Assembly: GCA_018396395.1 (NCBI GenBank)
Contig: JAGTQN010000002.1
Location: 1-50,050, forward strand
DNA from: Candidatus Bathyarchaeota archaeon
Lineage (GTDB): Archaea > Thermoproteota > CALKCG01 > B24 > JAGTQN01
Direction: 5' to 3'
DNA: 50,050 nt
Part shown: piece after piece, positions 1 to 10,126 of the stretch
How positions within the stretch are numbered: the stretch's first letter is position 1
Layout: each line of letters starts with the position of its first letter
Position numbers and translations under genes: made by a program
The notes under the pieces: generated by a model
Seen by the model: the letters and a program-made list of their open reading frames with translations, nothing else
Told to the model about the DNA's origin: nothing
The model's database searches: none

Positions 1-1
1 C

Positions 2-901
2 CGCTTTTTAAGAACGATCCTTATGGAGCTTGGAAGGATCCACAGCCACCTCCTATGGCTTGGCCTAGCGGGGCATGAGATAGGCTTCGACACCCTTTTC
101 ATGTATACTTGGAGGGATAGAGAAGCCATCATGGACCTTCAGGAGCTCATAACGGGAAACCGTGTGAACTTTGCCTTCTATACCATCGGGGGAGTTCGAA
201 GGGATATTTCGGACTCTACGGTCGAGCAAATAAGGAAGGTCCTTAAGGTCATCAGGGAGCGAGCTCGCTACTACAAGTGGGTGGCCCTCAACGAGCGGAC
301 GTTACTGAAGCGTACCGTAGGTGTCGGGATCCTTAAGCCCATGGATGCCATCAAATACTGTGCCGTAGGACCTACAGCAAGGGCTAGTAATGTTAAGCGA
401 GACGTGAGGAGGGATGATCCCCATGGAGCCTACGATGAGATTCCCTTCAATGTGATAACCTATGATGGTTGTGATGTGGCAAGCAGGGTTCTTGTGAGGG
501 TCGATGAGATCCTGGAATCTTCTAACATAATAGAATATGCCCTTGACCATATGCCTTCCGGACCGATAAGGGTTAAGGTTCCAAGGGCTGTCCCATCAAA
601 CGAGACCATAAGTCGAGTGGAGGCTCCAAGAGGCGAACTCTTCCATTATCTAAAATCGAATGGGACAGAAAGGCCGGAACGATATAAGGTTCGAACTCCC
701 ACCCTCGCGAACCTAGCCTCGATAAGGATAATGCTTGTTGGAGGCTACTTGGCTGATGTACCCATAGCCCTTGCGAGTATCGATCCTTGCTTCTGCTGTA
801 CTGATAGGGTTACGATTGTGGATGAAGGCCGTACAAAGAAGGAGGTTTGGACTTTGGATAGGCTTAGGCAATATGCCGATAAATGGTATCGGAGGGCTTA
901 G
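2..901 (+). CDS. [NiFe]-hydrogenase large (catalytic) subunit, group 4 / NuoD-HycE-EchE family; 5' end cut by window edge
   Basis: The reading frame is open from base 2. It contains VEAPRGELFHY and the C-terminal Ni-ligand motif DPCFCCTDR (782-808), followed by a 30-aa tail as in protease-processed large subunits. Confidence 0.9.
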   Translation, partial: RFLRTILMELGRIHSHLLWLGLAGHEIGFDTLFMYTWRDREAIMDLQELITGNRVNFAFYTIGGVRRDISDSTVEQIRKVLKVIRERARYYKWVALNERTLLKRTVGVGILKPMDAIKYCAVGPTARASNVKRDVRRDDPHGAYDEIPFNVITYDGCDVASRVLVRVDEILESSNIIEYALDHMPSGPIRVKVPRAVPSNETISRVEAPRGELFHYLKSNGTERPERYKVRTPTLANLASIRIMLVGGYLADVPIALASIDPCFCCTDRVTIVDEGRTKKEVWTLDRLRQYADKWYRRA

Positions 902-1863
902 CCTTGGGACCCGATCCCCTTGAGACGATCCTTCAGATGATGGTCTTTCCTGGAATTGCCTTCGTGATAGCCCTATCGCTATTCCTCCAATGGTTGAATA
1001 GGAAGTTTTATGCCAGACTTCAGAATCGATACGGCCCCCTCCACACTGGCTTTGCCGGCATTCTTCAACCCATTGCAGACTTTATAAAGCTCTTGGCTAA
1101 GGAGGACATAGAGATGCAGTTCGTCTATAAGGTTCCCTTCAGGCTCCTTCCAATCCTCATCCTCACTATTCCCCTAACGGCGACCATGTATATCCCGATG
1201 GCCGATCCTTTCAAGGGAATCGTGGGCTTTGAAGGGGACCTTGTTTTCATCCTCTTCCTCCTAACCCTATACGCAGTCCTCGTTTTCTTGGCCGCCTGGA
1301 GTTCTGGAAATCCCTACAGCATTCTAGGAGGCGTCCGAACGGCCATTCAGCTTTTAGGCTATGAGATCCCCCTAGCCATAGTCCTTCTCGCTCCAGGGAT
1401 AAAGGCTAAAACCCTATCGATAAGCGGTATCGTTGAATGGCAAGGATTGAACCTTCCCTTCATCATCATCCAGCCCCTAGGCTTTGTCGTAGCCATCATA
1501 GGCTTTATGGCAGAGCTCGAGATTGTTCCCTTCGACATACCTGAAGCCAAAACGGAACTCGTTGCCGGATGGCAGACCGAGTTTAGCGGAAGGAAGCTCG
1601 CCATGATTAGGCTTTCTAAGGATGTGGAGGTAGTCTTTGCCTCAAGCCTCATGGTTGCCCTTTTCTTGGGCGGACCCTCCGGACCATTACCCATCCCTCC
1701 GATAATCTGGTTTTTAGTTAAGATAGTAGCCATTATCTTCATCATGTCAAATCTTAGGGCCCTTTTCGCAAGGTTTAGGATCGATCAGATGATTAAGGGT
1801 AGCTGGAAGCTCTTGCTACCTATCGCACTTCTCCAGGTAGCTATAGTCCTTCTGATTCCGTAG
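883..1863 (+). CDS. NuoH/HycD/EchB-like integral membrane subunit
   Basis: Polytopic membrane protein with the NuoH-type signature LQNRYGP...GILQPIADFIKL. It overlaps the large-subunit gene by 19 nt. An alternative start lies at the MM pair near 937. Confidence 0.85.
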   Translation: MVSEGLALGPDPLETILQMMVFPGIAFVIALSLFLQWLNRKFYARLQNRYGPLHTGFAGILQPIADFIKLLAKEDIEMQFVYKVPFRLLPILILTIPLTATMYIPMADPFKGIVGFEGDLVFILFLLTLYAVLVFLAAWSSGNPYSILGGVRTAIQLLGYEIPLAIVLLAPGIKAKTLSISGIVEWQGLNLPFIIIQPLGFVVAIIGFMAELEIVPFDIPEAKTELVAGWQTEFSGRKLAMIRLSKDVEVVFASSLMVALFLGGPSGPLPIPPIIWFLVKIVAIIFIMSNLRALFARFRIDQMIKGSWKLLLPIALLQVAIVLLIP

Positions 1864-2274
1864 GTGATAAGAATGGCTATGGAGGTTGAGCTTTTAAAGT
1901 CTATGACAAAAAAGCCTATAACGCTCAGGTATCCCTTCGAAAAGGCAAAACCCGTAGAGGGCTTAAGAGGAAGGCCCATATGGGATATGGAGAAGTGTAT
2001 CGGCTGTGGGCTATGTCAAAGGGATTGTCCAACGAAGGCCATCGAGATGATGGGACGGGGAAGGCAGGCCGAGTTTAGGATATACTATGACCGTTGTGCC
2101 TTCTGTGCGCAGTGTGTGGAAAGCTGTCCAGTAGGTGCCATAACGATGACCAAGGAGTACGAGCTGGCAGCCTTTGAGCATGAGCAAATGAGGCAAGAGT
2201 ACAGGCGGCCGAGGACTTCCCCTTCGAAACGATCTGAATCGAAACCGGAATCCCAAACCTCAACCTTCGCATGA
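1864..2274 (+). CDS. NuoI/HycF-like 2x[4Fe-4S] ferredoxin subunit
   Basis: Two CxxCxxCxxxCP clusters (CIGCGLCQRDCP, CAFCAQCVESCP). GTG start directly after the NuoH-like stop (an ATG at 1873 is also possible). Confidence 0.85.
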   Translation: MIRMAMEVELLKSMTKKPITLRYPFEKAKPVEGLRGRPIWDMEKCIGCGLCQRDCPTKAIEMMGRGRQAEFRIYYDRCAFCAQCVESCPVGAITMTKEYELAAFEHEQMRQEYRRPRTSPSKRSESKPESQTSTFA

Positions 2275-2365
2275 AAAGGCGAGTTGTAATAAGAAAAGAA
2301 AAACTTTAAAATTAAAATTCCATCTGAAGTGAAGTCTAAGTCCAGAAGTATAGGAAGGATGAGCC

Positions 2366-2881
2366 TTGGATTGGGTTCCATTGGTCCTAACGGTCTCTGC
2401 CACTGTATTTGCACTCCTCGCAGTAGAGTTGGAGGATCTTCTGAAGGCTATCTTGTCCCTCTTCTTCATGTGCGTTTCAATAGCAGGAATCTTCTGGATC
2501 CTTGGAGCACCTTATGTCGCCATCTTCCAGCTCCTCATCTATGCAGGAGCCATAGTGATCCTCTTTCTGGCTACGATTATGCTCACGGAGAGAGGTGGCC
2601 ATGAGAGAATCGAGGGTCGGGATATCTTAGGCATCCTAGCATCCATAGCCCTAGGATCGACCTTACTGCTCCTTGTCTGGAGAATGGGCATGCCACCGAG
2701 CGTTTCTGTCGTGGAACCAGCCCTAGTTGAGGAGGGTTCCAAAACCATCGGCCAAGACATGTCAGCCTTCCTTTGGAGCCAAAGGGGTTTTGAAATAATC
2801 CTTCAGGGAACCATCCTTTTTGCATCATCCCTTTGCTGCCTTGCCCTTATGCGTCGTAAGAAGGAGGGGTTGGAGAAATAA
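2366..2881 (+). CDS. NuoJ-like membrane subunit
   Basis: Hydrophobic protein with the NuoJ-like core AIFQLLIYAGAIVILFLATIML. TTG start preceded by AGGAAGG. Its position between the NuoI-like and NuoK-like genes matches nuo order. Confidence 0.7.
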   Translation: MDWVPLVLTVSATVFALLAVELEDLLKAILSLFFMCVSIAGIFWILGAPYVAIFQLLIYAGAIVILFLATIMLTERGGHERIEGRDILGILASIALGSTLLLLVWRMGMPPSVSVVEPALVEEGSKTIGQDMSAFLWSQRGFEIILQGTILFASSLCCLALMRRKKEGLEK

Positions 2882-3195
2882 TGGAAACCCTTGCGACTTA
2901 TCTATCCTGTGCCCTTATCCTTTTCATTATCGGTCTATACTGCCTCGTTGCCAAGAGAAATATGGTTAGGCTGGTAATGGGCTTAGAGATCCTCATTAAC
3001 GCCGCAAACCTATCCTTCATAGCCTTCTCAACCTATCAGCAATCGGGCTATGTGGATCTCCTAGCCCAATCCGTTGTTGTAATATCCATGGCATTGGCAG
3101 GTTCCGTTACGGCCCTAGCTCTTGTCATCCTTCTGAATGCCTACAAACACTATAAGACCCTTGACATAAGGGAGCTGAGGCGATTGAGGAGGTAG
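2881..3195 (+). CDS. NuoK-like membrane subunit
   Basis: 104 aa with 3 predicted TM helices and the motif NMVRLVMGLEILINAANLSFIAF typical of NuoK/HyfE. Its start overlaps the upstream stop (TAATG). Confidence 0.8.
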   Translation: METLATYLSCALILFIIGLYCLVAKRNMVRLVMGLEILINAANLSFIAFSTYQQSGYVDLLAQSVVVISMALAGSVTALALVILLNAYKHYKTLDIRELRRLRR

Positions 3196-3200
3196 GATGT

Positions 3201-4688
3201 ATGTTTACCCCGGTCATCGATATCCTTCTCTTCGGAGCCTTCCTCATTCCTCCTATAGGCTATATCGAGCAGAAGACAAGGATGCCAGGGCTGAAGGCCA
3301 TTTTTACGACCTCCCTTCTTTTAGCTTCCCTTGCCTTTGCTTTTTCGCTCCATAACGATGCCATAAAGGGAATCGTAACGGTTCCAAGGGACCCAAGGCC
3401 CCTTGCCTTTAGCCTCGGAATCGATAGGCTTGGAATCCTTATGGCAGTTCTAGCCATCTTCATTGGACTTATGGCGTCGATCTTTTCGCTTAGGTACATG
3501 GAGAAGGATGCTAGCCTCACGGAATACTATACGGCCCTTGTCCTTATGGTGGCAGGAATGGTGGGAGTTGCCTTCTCCGCCGATCTTCTCACCTTCTTCA
3601 TCTTCTGGGAGCTTATGTGTCTAACAAGCTATGCCCTAGTAGCCTTTAGAAAAGAAACTTGGGAGGCAGTCGAAGCTGGGTTCAAGTACCTCCTTATGAG
3701 CGGTGCCGGAAGCGCTATTCTTCTCATGGGATTCAGCCTTCTATATGCCATAGCTGGAAGCCTTAATCTTGGGGCCCTCGCCATTGCCCTTAGGCAGGCA
3801 TCCTTAACAGATAAGCCTTGGCTTTTAGTCATCTTCACCCTTCTCTTAGCGGGCTTTGGAATAAAGGCTGCTTTAGCGCCCTTCCACACTTGGCTTCCCG
3901 ATGCCCATCCTGCAGCCCCAAGTCCCATAAGTGCCCTTCTTTCGGGAGTTATGATAAAAATGGGCGTATATGGACTCATGAGGCTTTCGATCCTCCTCTT
4001 CTTACCAATCGTTTCCACATGGCAAGGATGGCTCATGGTTCTTTCGATCCTCACTATGTTTACTGGAAACCTTTCTGCTCTTCTTCAATCAGACATAAAG
4101 AGGCTCCTCGCCTTCAGCAGCATAGCCCAGATAGGCTATATTTTATTCGGTCTAGCCCTTGGTACCCTCGAAGGCATTACGGGTAGTCTCTTCCATATCA
4201 TAAACCATGCATTGATGAAGGGGCTCCTCTTTCTATCCGCTGGAGCCTTCTTCCATTCCACGGGAACGAGGAATCTGAAGCTTCTGGAGGGAGTTGGGAG
4301 AAAGATGCCTATTACAGGAATGACTTTTGCCCTTGGAGCCCTTGCCATAGCCGGCCTCCCATCCCTAAATGGGTTTATGAGCGAACTCTACATCATCAAC
4401 GCTGGAATCCGTACTGGTCAATTTTTCGGCATAACCCTAATGATCCTCAACATCATCCTATCGGTCGCCTATTACCTTCGTACCATCCAAATCATCCTTC
4501 TTAGAAGGCCTACGGAATCCCTTCAGAAGATTCATGAAGTCCCGTTATCCATGCTGATTCCTATGGTTCTATTGTCGATCCTTTGTATCATCATAGGCAT
4601 ATATCCGGAGCCCATCCTAGAGGAGTCGAGGGCAGCAGCATCGGCCCTTCTAGATTGGATGCTCTATGCAAAGGCCTTTGTTCCCTAG
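3201..4688 (+). CDS. NuoN/NuoM-type antiporter-like (MrpD family) membrane subunit
   Basis: 495 aa, polytopic, with proton-conducting-membrane-transporter motifs (FFIFWELMCLTSY, FHTWLPDAHPAAPSPISALLSG). Confidence 0.85.
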   Translation: MFTPVIDILLFGAFLIPPIGYIEQKTRMPGLKAIFTTSLLLASLAFAFSLHNDAIKGIVTVPRDPRPLAFSLGIDRLGILMAVLAIFIGLMASIFSLRYMEKDASLTEYYTALVLMVAGMVGVAFSADLLTFFIFWELMCLTSYALVAFRKETWEAVEAGFKYLLMSGAGSAILLMGFSLLYAIAGSLNLGALAIALRQASLTDKPWLLVIFTLLLAGFGIKAALAPFHTWLPDAHPAAPSPISALLSGVMIKMGVYGLMRLSILLFLPIVSTWQGWLMVLSILTMFTGNLSALLQSDIKRLLAFSSIAQIGYILFGLALGTLEGITGSLFHIINHALMKGLLFLSAGAFFHSTGTRNLKLLEGVGRKMPITGMTFALGALAIAGLPSLNGFMSELYIINAGIRTGQFFGITLMILNIILSVAYYLRTIQIILLRRPTESLQKIHEVPLSMLIPMVLLSILCIIIGIYPEPILEESRAAASALLDWMLYAKAFVP

Positions 4689-4727
4689 GGCGCATAAAAT
4701 CAAAGGGATAAGGGGAATTGAATTGGA

Positions 4728-5246
4728 ATGGCCGCCTTGGAGGTACTGAAAGATAAGCTCAGGGATGCTGAAAGGGTTGCGATATTAGGAATAGGAAACG
4801 AGCTTAGAGGAGACGATATCTTTGGACCTTTGTTCGCCAAGAAATTCAAGCGGTTCGAAGGAGGAAAGATCCTTGTTCTGGATTGTGGATTAGTCCCAGA
4901 AAACTTTGCAAGTAAGATCGTTTTCTTCAACCCAACCCATCTGGTAGTCGTTGATGCCGTGGATATGTCTGCCCCGCCAGGTTCCATAGGAATTTTCGAT
5001 GAAGACTCCCTTCCTTCCGCATCCTTCTCCACCCATAAACCTAGCCTTCTACAGCTTTTATCCTATCTTAGGAGCTTTAAAGTAAACCCGAAGCTCATCC
5101 TTCTGGGTATCCAGCCCCGTGATCTTAGCTTTATGGCACCAATTTCAAAGGATGTGAAATATGCCATGGAATTGGCTCAAAAAGCCCTTGCAGAGGCCCT
5201 CGATCCGATCTTCAAAGACGGATGTGAGGAAGGAGAAAGAGTATAG
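4728..5246 (+). CDS. hycI: hydrogenase maturation endopeptidase (HycI/HyaD family)
   Basis: N-terminal ILGIGNELRGDDIFGP motif plus VVVDAVDM. Size of 172 aa and a position directly after the hydrogenase structural genes both fit. Confidence 0.85.
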   Translation: MAALEVLKDKLRDAERVAILGIGNELRGDDIFGPLFAKKFKRFEGGKILVLDCGLVPENFASKIVFFNPTHLVVVDAVDMSAPPGSIGIFDEDSLPSASFSTHKPSLLQLLSYLRSFKVNPKLILLGIQPRDLSFMAPISKDVKYAMELAQKALAEALDPIFKDGCEEGERV

Positions 5247-5350
5247 GCTACTTGTTTTTCTATTGAAAACTATATGAATAAGAATTCTCCGAAAAGATAA
5301 GAAGAGATGATAGTCCCTAGGAAAATTCCGTAACCAGCCATTTTCCAGAG

Positions 5351-6385
5351 ATGATACGTATGAATGTAAAAACGAAGGATATAATAAAGCTAGAGCATGG
5401 CGGGGGCGGGAGGCTCATGCGCCAACTCATAGAGGAAGTCATCCTTCCGAAATATAGGCTGAATAGAGTCGAAGGAGGCATTGGCCTTCCTGAGATGGAT
5501 GATGGAGCCTCCATCCCCTTAAACGGAAAGGAAATAATCTTTACTACCGATGCCTATACTGTTAAGCCACCCTTCTTCCCTGGGGGCGACATCGGAAGGC
5601 TTGCCGTTTGCGGTACAGTAAACGACCTAGCCATGATGGGAGCCAAGCCCATTGCCCTCGCAACCTCCCTTATCCTAGAAGAAGGGCTTCATGTAGAGGT
5701 TCTTGAAAGGATAGTGAATTCCATCAATGAGGCTTTAGAAGAGGTCGGAATTCCCCTCATAGCTGGAGATACTAAGGTTGTTGAAAGAGGTTCCTTGGAA
5801 GGGTTGCTCATAGGGGCTAGCGGACTGGGGATCGCTTCAAGGGTCATAACTGACTACGGCCTTAAGCCTGGAGACAGAATCATTATCACAGCGCCCATCG
5901 GAAGTCATGAGCTCACCCTCCTATCGATCCGAAAGGGCCTTAGCTTCAAGACGCCTTTAAGATCTGATGTAGCTCCCCTTTGGAAAATGGTCGAGAAAGC
6001 CCTTAACTCAGGATGCATAACGGCTATGAAGGATCCGACAAGGGGGGGCATCGCAGGAGCCTTGAATGAGATGGCTAGGAAGTCGAAGGTAGACATTTTC
6101 CTTAGGGAGGAATCGATTCCGATAAGGGATGAAGTGCGAGAGGCTACCGAGGTTTTAGGTCTAGACCCTCTGGAGTTGGCAAACGAAGGAGTGGCAATAC
6201 TGGGCGTAGATGCAAAAGATGCCCAAAAAGTTCTTGAAGCCATCAAGGTCGACCCTTATGGGAAGCATGCGGCCATCGTAGGGGAGGTTTTAGAAGGCAA
6301 AGGAAGGGTCGTCCTCGAAACCATTATCGGAGGGAAGAGAATCGTAAGGGAGCCCATAGGATCCCCTCTGCCCCGCATATGCTGA
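5351..6385 (+). CDS. hypE: hydrogenase maturation protein HypE
   Basis: PurM/AIR-synthase-like fold signatures and the diagnostic C-terminal PRIC motif. Confidence 0.95.
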   Translation: MIRMNVKTKDIIKLEHGGGGRLMRQLIEEVILPKYRLNRVEGGIGLPEMDDGASIPLNGKEIIFTTDAYTVKPPFFPGGDIGRLAVCGTVNDLAMMGAKPIALATSLILEEGLHVEVLERIVNSINEALEEVGIPLIAGDTKVVERGSLEGLLIGASGLGIASRVITDYGLKPGDRIIITAPIGSHELTLLSIRKGLSFKTPLRSDVAPLWKMVEKALNSGCITAMKDPTRGGIAGALNEMARKSKVDIFLREESIPIRDEVREATEVLGLDPLELANEGVAILGVDAKDAQKVLEAIKVDPYGKHAAIVGEVLEGKGRVVLETIIGGKRIVREPIGSPLPRIC

Positions 6386-6431
6386 TGTGTGAAAGAGATT
6401 TATCGGATTTAGGGAAATCCCAGGGATTCCT

Positions 6432-8780
6432 TTGAAGGGTTCAGAGAAGGACAAGAAAGCAAGGGCAATGGTAAGGATTTCAGGGCTCGTACAAGGAATC
6501 GGCTTTAGGCCCTTCGTTTACAGGCTTGCCTTTGAAAAGGGCTTGAAGGGCTATGTGAAGAACCTCGGGGATGCCGGAGTTGAGGTTCTTATAGAGGGTA
6601 AGGAAGTGGATATAAAGGCTTTCCTAGCAGATTTTAAGGATAAAAGACCTCCCCAAGCCCTCTATACGAAAATCGATGTTGAATGGCTCGATTACAGAGG
6701 AGAATATAATACCTTCACGATAGATGAAAGCGATGCTATTAGGAGAAACGTAAGTTTATCGATAATCCCTCCCGACATATCAGTGTGCGAAGATTGCCAT
6801 AAAGATATTTTCAATCCCAAAGATCGGCACTTCCTCTACCCCTTCACATGCTGTGCCATCTGTGGCCCACGCTTCACAGTCATAAAGAACCTTCCCTACG
6901 ATCGGGATCGGACGACCATGGAGGACTTTCCTATGTGCCAAGAATGTAGCCACGAGTACAATAATCCTTTAGATCGTCGCTTCAACGCCCAGACGATCTG
7001 TTGTCCAAAATGTGGTCCAAAGATGACACTCTACGATCATACGGGAAGGATTATGGAAGGACAGAAGGATTCTATGGAAGAGGCTACAAGGCTTCTGGGA
7101 GAGGGCTTCATACTGGCAATAAAGGGGATTGGGGGCATCCATTTATCAGTCGGGACTATAGAGGATGAGCCCCTTATGAGACTACGAAAGCGAAGAAGGA
7201 AGCCCAACAAGCCCTTCGCCATCATGAGCCCATGCCTTGAGGAAGTAAGGAAGTATGCCATCGTTTCGGAATACGAGGGGGAACTTCTAACCTCCTACGC
7301 AAGGCCTATCGTCGTCTTAAGGAAGCAGGATCCTTTTCCCCTTTCAGACCTCATATCACCGGGCCTCGATACAGTCGGTGTTATGCTTCCTTACTCGGGC
7401 ATTCACTATATGATATTCCACTATCTAAAGCCCAAACAGCCGGCCTTGGTTATGACCTCCGCCAATTTCCCAGGAGAGCCCATGGTTATATCGAACAAAG
7501 AAGCCTTTGAAAGGCTAAGGGGCATCGCAGACTACTTCCTCCTCCATAATAGGGATATATGGGCCCGTTGTGATGACTCGGTCTTAAGGATTATCGATGG
7601 TCGAAGGATTTTTCTGAGGAGATCGAGGGGCTATGTTCCCATGCCCATAACCCTTCCCTTTTCCTCCAATTTTACCATTGCGGCTGTTGGAGCTGAACTT
7701 TCTTCGACGGCAGCCATCTTGAAGAATGATAGGGCATATCTAACCCAGCATATAGGGGACCTCGAGGGTCCCGATTCCTTGACCTTTCTTAAAGGGACCT
7801 TAAAACACTTTATTGGACTTTTGGGACTAAGTCGAGTAGATGCCATTGCCTGTGACATGCATCCTGCCTTCCTCTCAAGGACTGTCGCATCGGAGCTTTC
7901 TGAAGAACTTGGGATTCCGATCATCGATGTCCAGCATCACCATGCCCACTTGGCATCCCTTATGGCAGAGGTTGGCATCGCGCCTGGGGAGGAAGTCGTT
8001 GGCATAGTTTGTGACGGCTATGGCTATGGTATCGATGGGGCACCTTGGGGGGGAGAAATCCTAGTTGGTGGCTATAAAGGCTTCGAGAGGGTTGGCCACC
8101 TGGAGCCTCAACCTATGCCTGGCGGGGACCTATGTACCCAGAGGTATGGTAGAATGCTCCAAGGTATCCTCTACAAGGAGATGCCCCGAGAAGAGCTTCG
8201 AGAATTCCTTATCAAGGAATGCATAGAGGGGTTCCAAAGGGGATCGATGGAGATCGATATGGTCTTTGATCAAATGGAGAAGGAGATCCACACGCCAAAG
8301 ACCACGAGTGCAGGAAGGCTCCTCGATGCCGTCTCATGCCTTCTAGGCATCGCCTTTAAAAGGACTTACGAAGGAGAGGGTGCCATAAAGCTTGAAGCCT
8401 TTGCAGCAAAGGGTGTTCGGAATTCTTTGGAACTTCCTATCGAAATTGAGGATCGAAGAAACACCCTTGTCCTCAAGACCTCAAGGATGGTCAAGGCTGT
8501 ATTCGAGCTTAGAAACTTTCATCGAAGGGAAGATCTTGCCAGTGCATTTCAAAAGGCCCTAGGAACTGGTCTGGCTGAGATGGCTATTAGAATCGCTAGG
8601 GAACGGGGAATAGGCTTGATAGGCTTTACGGGTGGAGTAGCCTATAACGAAGCCATAAACCAAGTTATAAGGAGAAGGGTAGAAAGGGAAGGTTACAGAT
8701 TCCTTCGCCATGAATTAGTTCCTTGCGGGGATGGGGGCTTATCCCTCGGCCAGGCAGCCATAGCCTCCTTCAAGGCATAA
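6432..8780 (+). CDS. hypF: carbamoyltransferase HypF
   Basis: Acylphosphatase N-domain (VQGIGFRPFVYRLA), two CxxC-x18-CxxC zinc fingers, and YrdC-like and Kae1-like C-terminal regions. TTG start; an ATG at 6468 is possible. Confidence 0.95.
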   Translation: MKGSEKDKKARAMVRISGLVQGIGFRPFVYRLAFEKGLKGYVKNLGDAGVEVLIEGKEVDIKAFLADFKDKRPPQALYTKIDVEWLDYRGEYNTFTIDESDAIRRNVSLSIIPPDISVCEDCHKDIFNPKDRHFLYPFTCCAICGPRFTVIKNLPYDRDRTTMEDFPMCQECSHEYNNPLDRRFNAQTICCPKCGPKMTLYDHTGRIMEGQKDSMEEATRLLGEGFILAIKGIGGIHLSVGTIEDEPLMRLRKRRRKPNKPFAIMSPCLEEVRKYAIVSEYEGELLTSYARPIVVLRKQDPFPLSDLISPGLDTVGVMLPYSGIHYMIFHYLKPKQPALVMTSANFPGEPMVISNKEAFERLRGIADYFLLHNRDIWARCDDSVLRIIDGRRIFLRRSRGYVPMPITLPFSSNFTIAAVGAELSSTAAILKNDRAYLTQHIGDLEGPDSLTFLKGTLKHFIGLLGLSRVDAIACDMHPAFLSRTVASELSEELGIPIIDVQHHHAHLASLMAEVGIAPGEEVVGIVCDGYGYGIDGAPWGGEILVGGYKGFERVGHLEPQPMPGGDLCTQRYGRMLQGILYKEMPREELREFLIKECIEGFQRGSMEIDMVFDQMEKEIHTPKTTSAGRLLDAVSCLLGIAFKRTYEGEGAIKLEAFAAKGVRNSLELPIEIEDRRNTLVLKTSRMVKAVFELRNFHRREDLASAFQKALGTGLAEMAIRIARERGIGLIGFTGGVAYNEAINQVIRRRVEREGYRFLRHELVPCGDGGLSLGQAAIASFKA

Positions 8781-8810
8781 TTACAAACTCTTCCTTTTTG
8801 CCCTACCTTT

Positions 8811-9899
8811 CTAAGGCTCCATTTGGGATGCCCATATCCTGCAGGAGCCTTCGCTACTGACCATACAGGCTCCTTTCGGCCTTTCTGGCGTACATGCCTT
8901 CATAAAGAGGGGACAGTCCCTAGGAGTAATCTTTCCCAGGATGACTAGATGGCAGCTACATCCAGGATGGATATCCCTTCCTTCTCCAACCTTTATTTCA
9001 TACCTCTTTCTTGCATCTTGGTCTGAAAAGGCATCCTTTAGCTCCAGCCTTGAGGATGGGATCGAACCGATACCCCTCCATGCTCCTTCGGAGATCCTGA
9101 AAACTTCAGAAATAAGTCTTTGAGCCTTTAGGTTCCCTTCGTATGTAACGGCCCTAGTGTATTCGTTTTCCAACCTTGGTTTTCCCTCCTTCAGTTGTTT
9201 TAGAAGCATGTATATGGCTAGAAGGACATCAAGGGGTTCAAAGCCCGCGATGACGATTGGCATACCATAAACCTCAGGGAACCTCATGTAAGGTTTCATG
9301 CCGATGATGGTTGAGACATGACCCGGAGCTATGAAGCCATCGATGGAAAGGTCCTTCAAACCTAAGAGGAATTCCATGGCAGGGGGGATAAGTCTGTGGC
9401 TTACAAGAAAGCTAAGGTTCTTCGGGCTTCTCAAAACCTCCAAGGCCGTTATAGGAGCGGTGGTTTCAAAGCCTACGGCAAAGAAAACGAACTCTCGATC
9501 CTTCTCCTTCTTAGCCATCTCATAGGCATCCCTAAGGCTGTAGACAATCCTTACATCGCCCCCCAAGGACCTAGCATCTTCTAGAGAAAGCCTTGTTCCA
9601 GGGACCCTGTACATATCCCCGAAGGTTATGACTGTTACACCATTCATTGCCAGCCAAACCGCTTCGTCGATTTCCCTAGCTGGTACGATGCACACAGGGC
9701 AGCCAGGTCCAGCGGATAGGTAAAGATTCTCTGGAAGGAGGCTCCGGAGTCCAGAGTGGGTTATCGTCCACTCGTGGGTTCCACAGACATGGCAAATCCT
9801 TATCGTTTTATCGGTTACAAGGCCCCTTATCCTATCGATGACGCCCTTAGCAAGGCTTTTTTCCCTTAGCCTTGAGAGGGATTCCATAGAAACGCCCAT
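8811..9899 (-). CDS. hypD: hydrogenase maturation protein HypD
   Basis: Conserved CHVCGTHE, GPGCPVC, GFETTAP and PGHVS motifs. Confidence 0.95.
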   Translation of the reverse strand: MGVSMESLSRLREKSLAKGVIDRIRGLVTDKTIRICHVCGTHEWTITHSGLRSLLPENLYLSAGPGCPVCIVPAREIDEAVWLAMNGVTVITFGDMYRVPGTRLSLEDARSLGGDVRIVYSLRDAYEMAKKEKDREFVFFAVGFETTAPITALEVLRSPKNLSFLVSHRLIPPAMEFLLGLKDLSIDGFIAPGHVSTIIGMKPYMRFPEVYGMPIVIAGFEPLDVLLAIYMLLKQLKEGKPRLENEYTRAVTYEGNLKAQRLISEVFRISEGAWRGIGSIPSSRLELKDAFSDQDARKRYEIKVGEGRDIHPGCSCHLVILGKITPRDCPLFMKACTPERPKGACMVSSEGSCRIWASQMEP

Positions 9900-9904
9900 G
9901 AAGA

Positions 9905-10126
9905 TTAAAGATGGGATCCAAAAGCCTCTTCAAACAGCTTAATGGTCTCTTTGGCTTCCTCTTCGTCCACGACTTGTATGGCATATCCTACATGAACTAA
10001 AACATACTGACCTTCCTTCACCCTTACAAGTGAAACATCTACATCCCTTAAGATTCCATGACCGAAGTCTACCTTGGCCATACGCCCCTTAACCTCAAGA
10101 ACCCTTGCAGGTATTGCGAGGCACAT
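9905..10126 (-). CDS. hypC: hydrogenase maturation chaperone HypC
   Basis: The canonical N-terminus MCLAIPARV begins at the ATG at 10126. The longer track ORF (to 10195) adds a non-conserved 23-aa extension. Confidence 0.9.
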   Translation of the reverse strand: MCLAIPARVLEVKGRMAKVDFGHGILRDVDVSLVRVKEGQYVLVHVGYAIQVVDEEEAKETIKLFEEAFGSHL

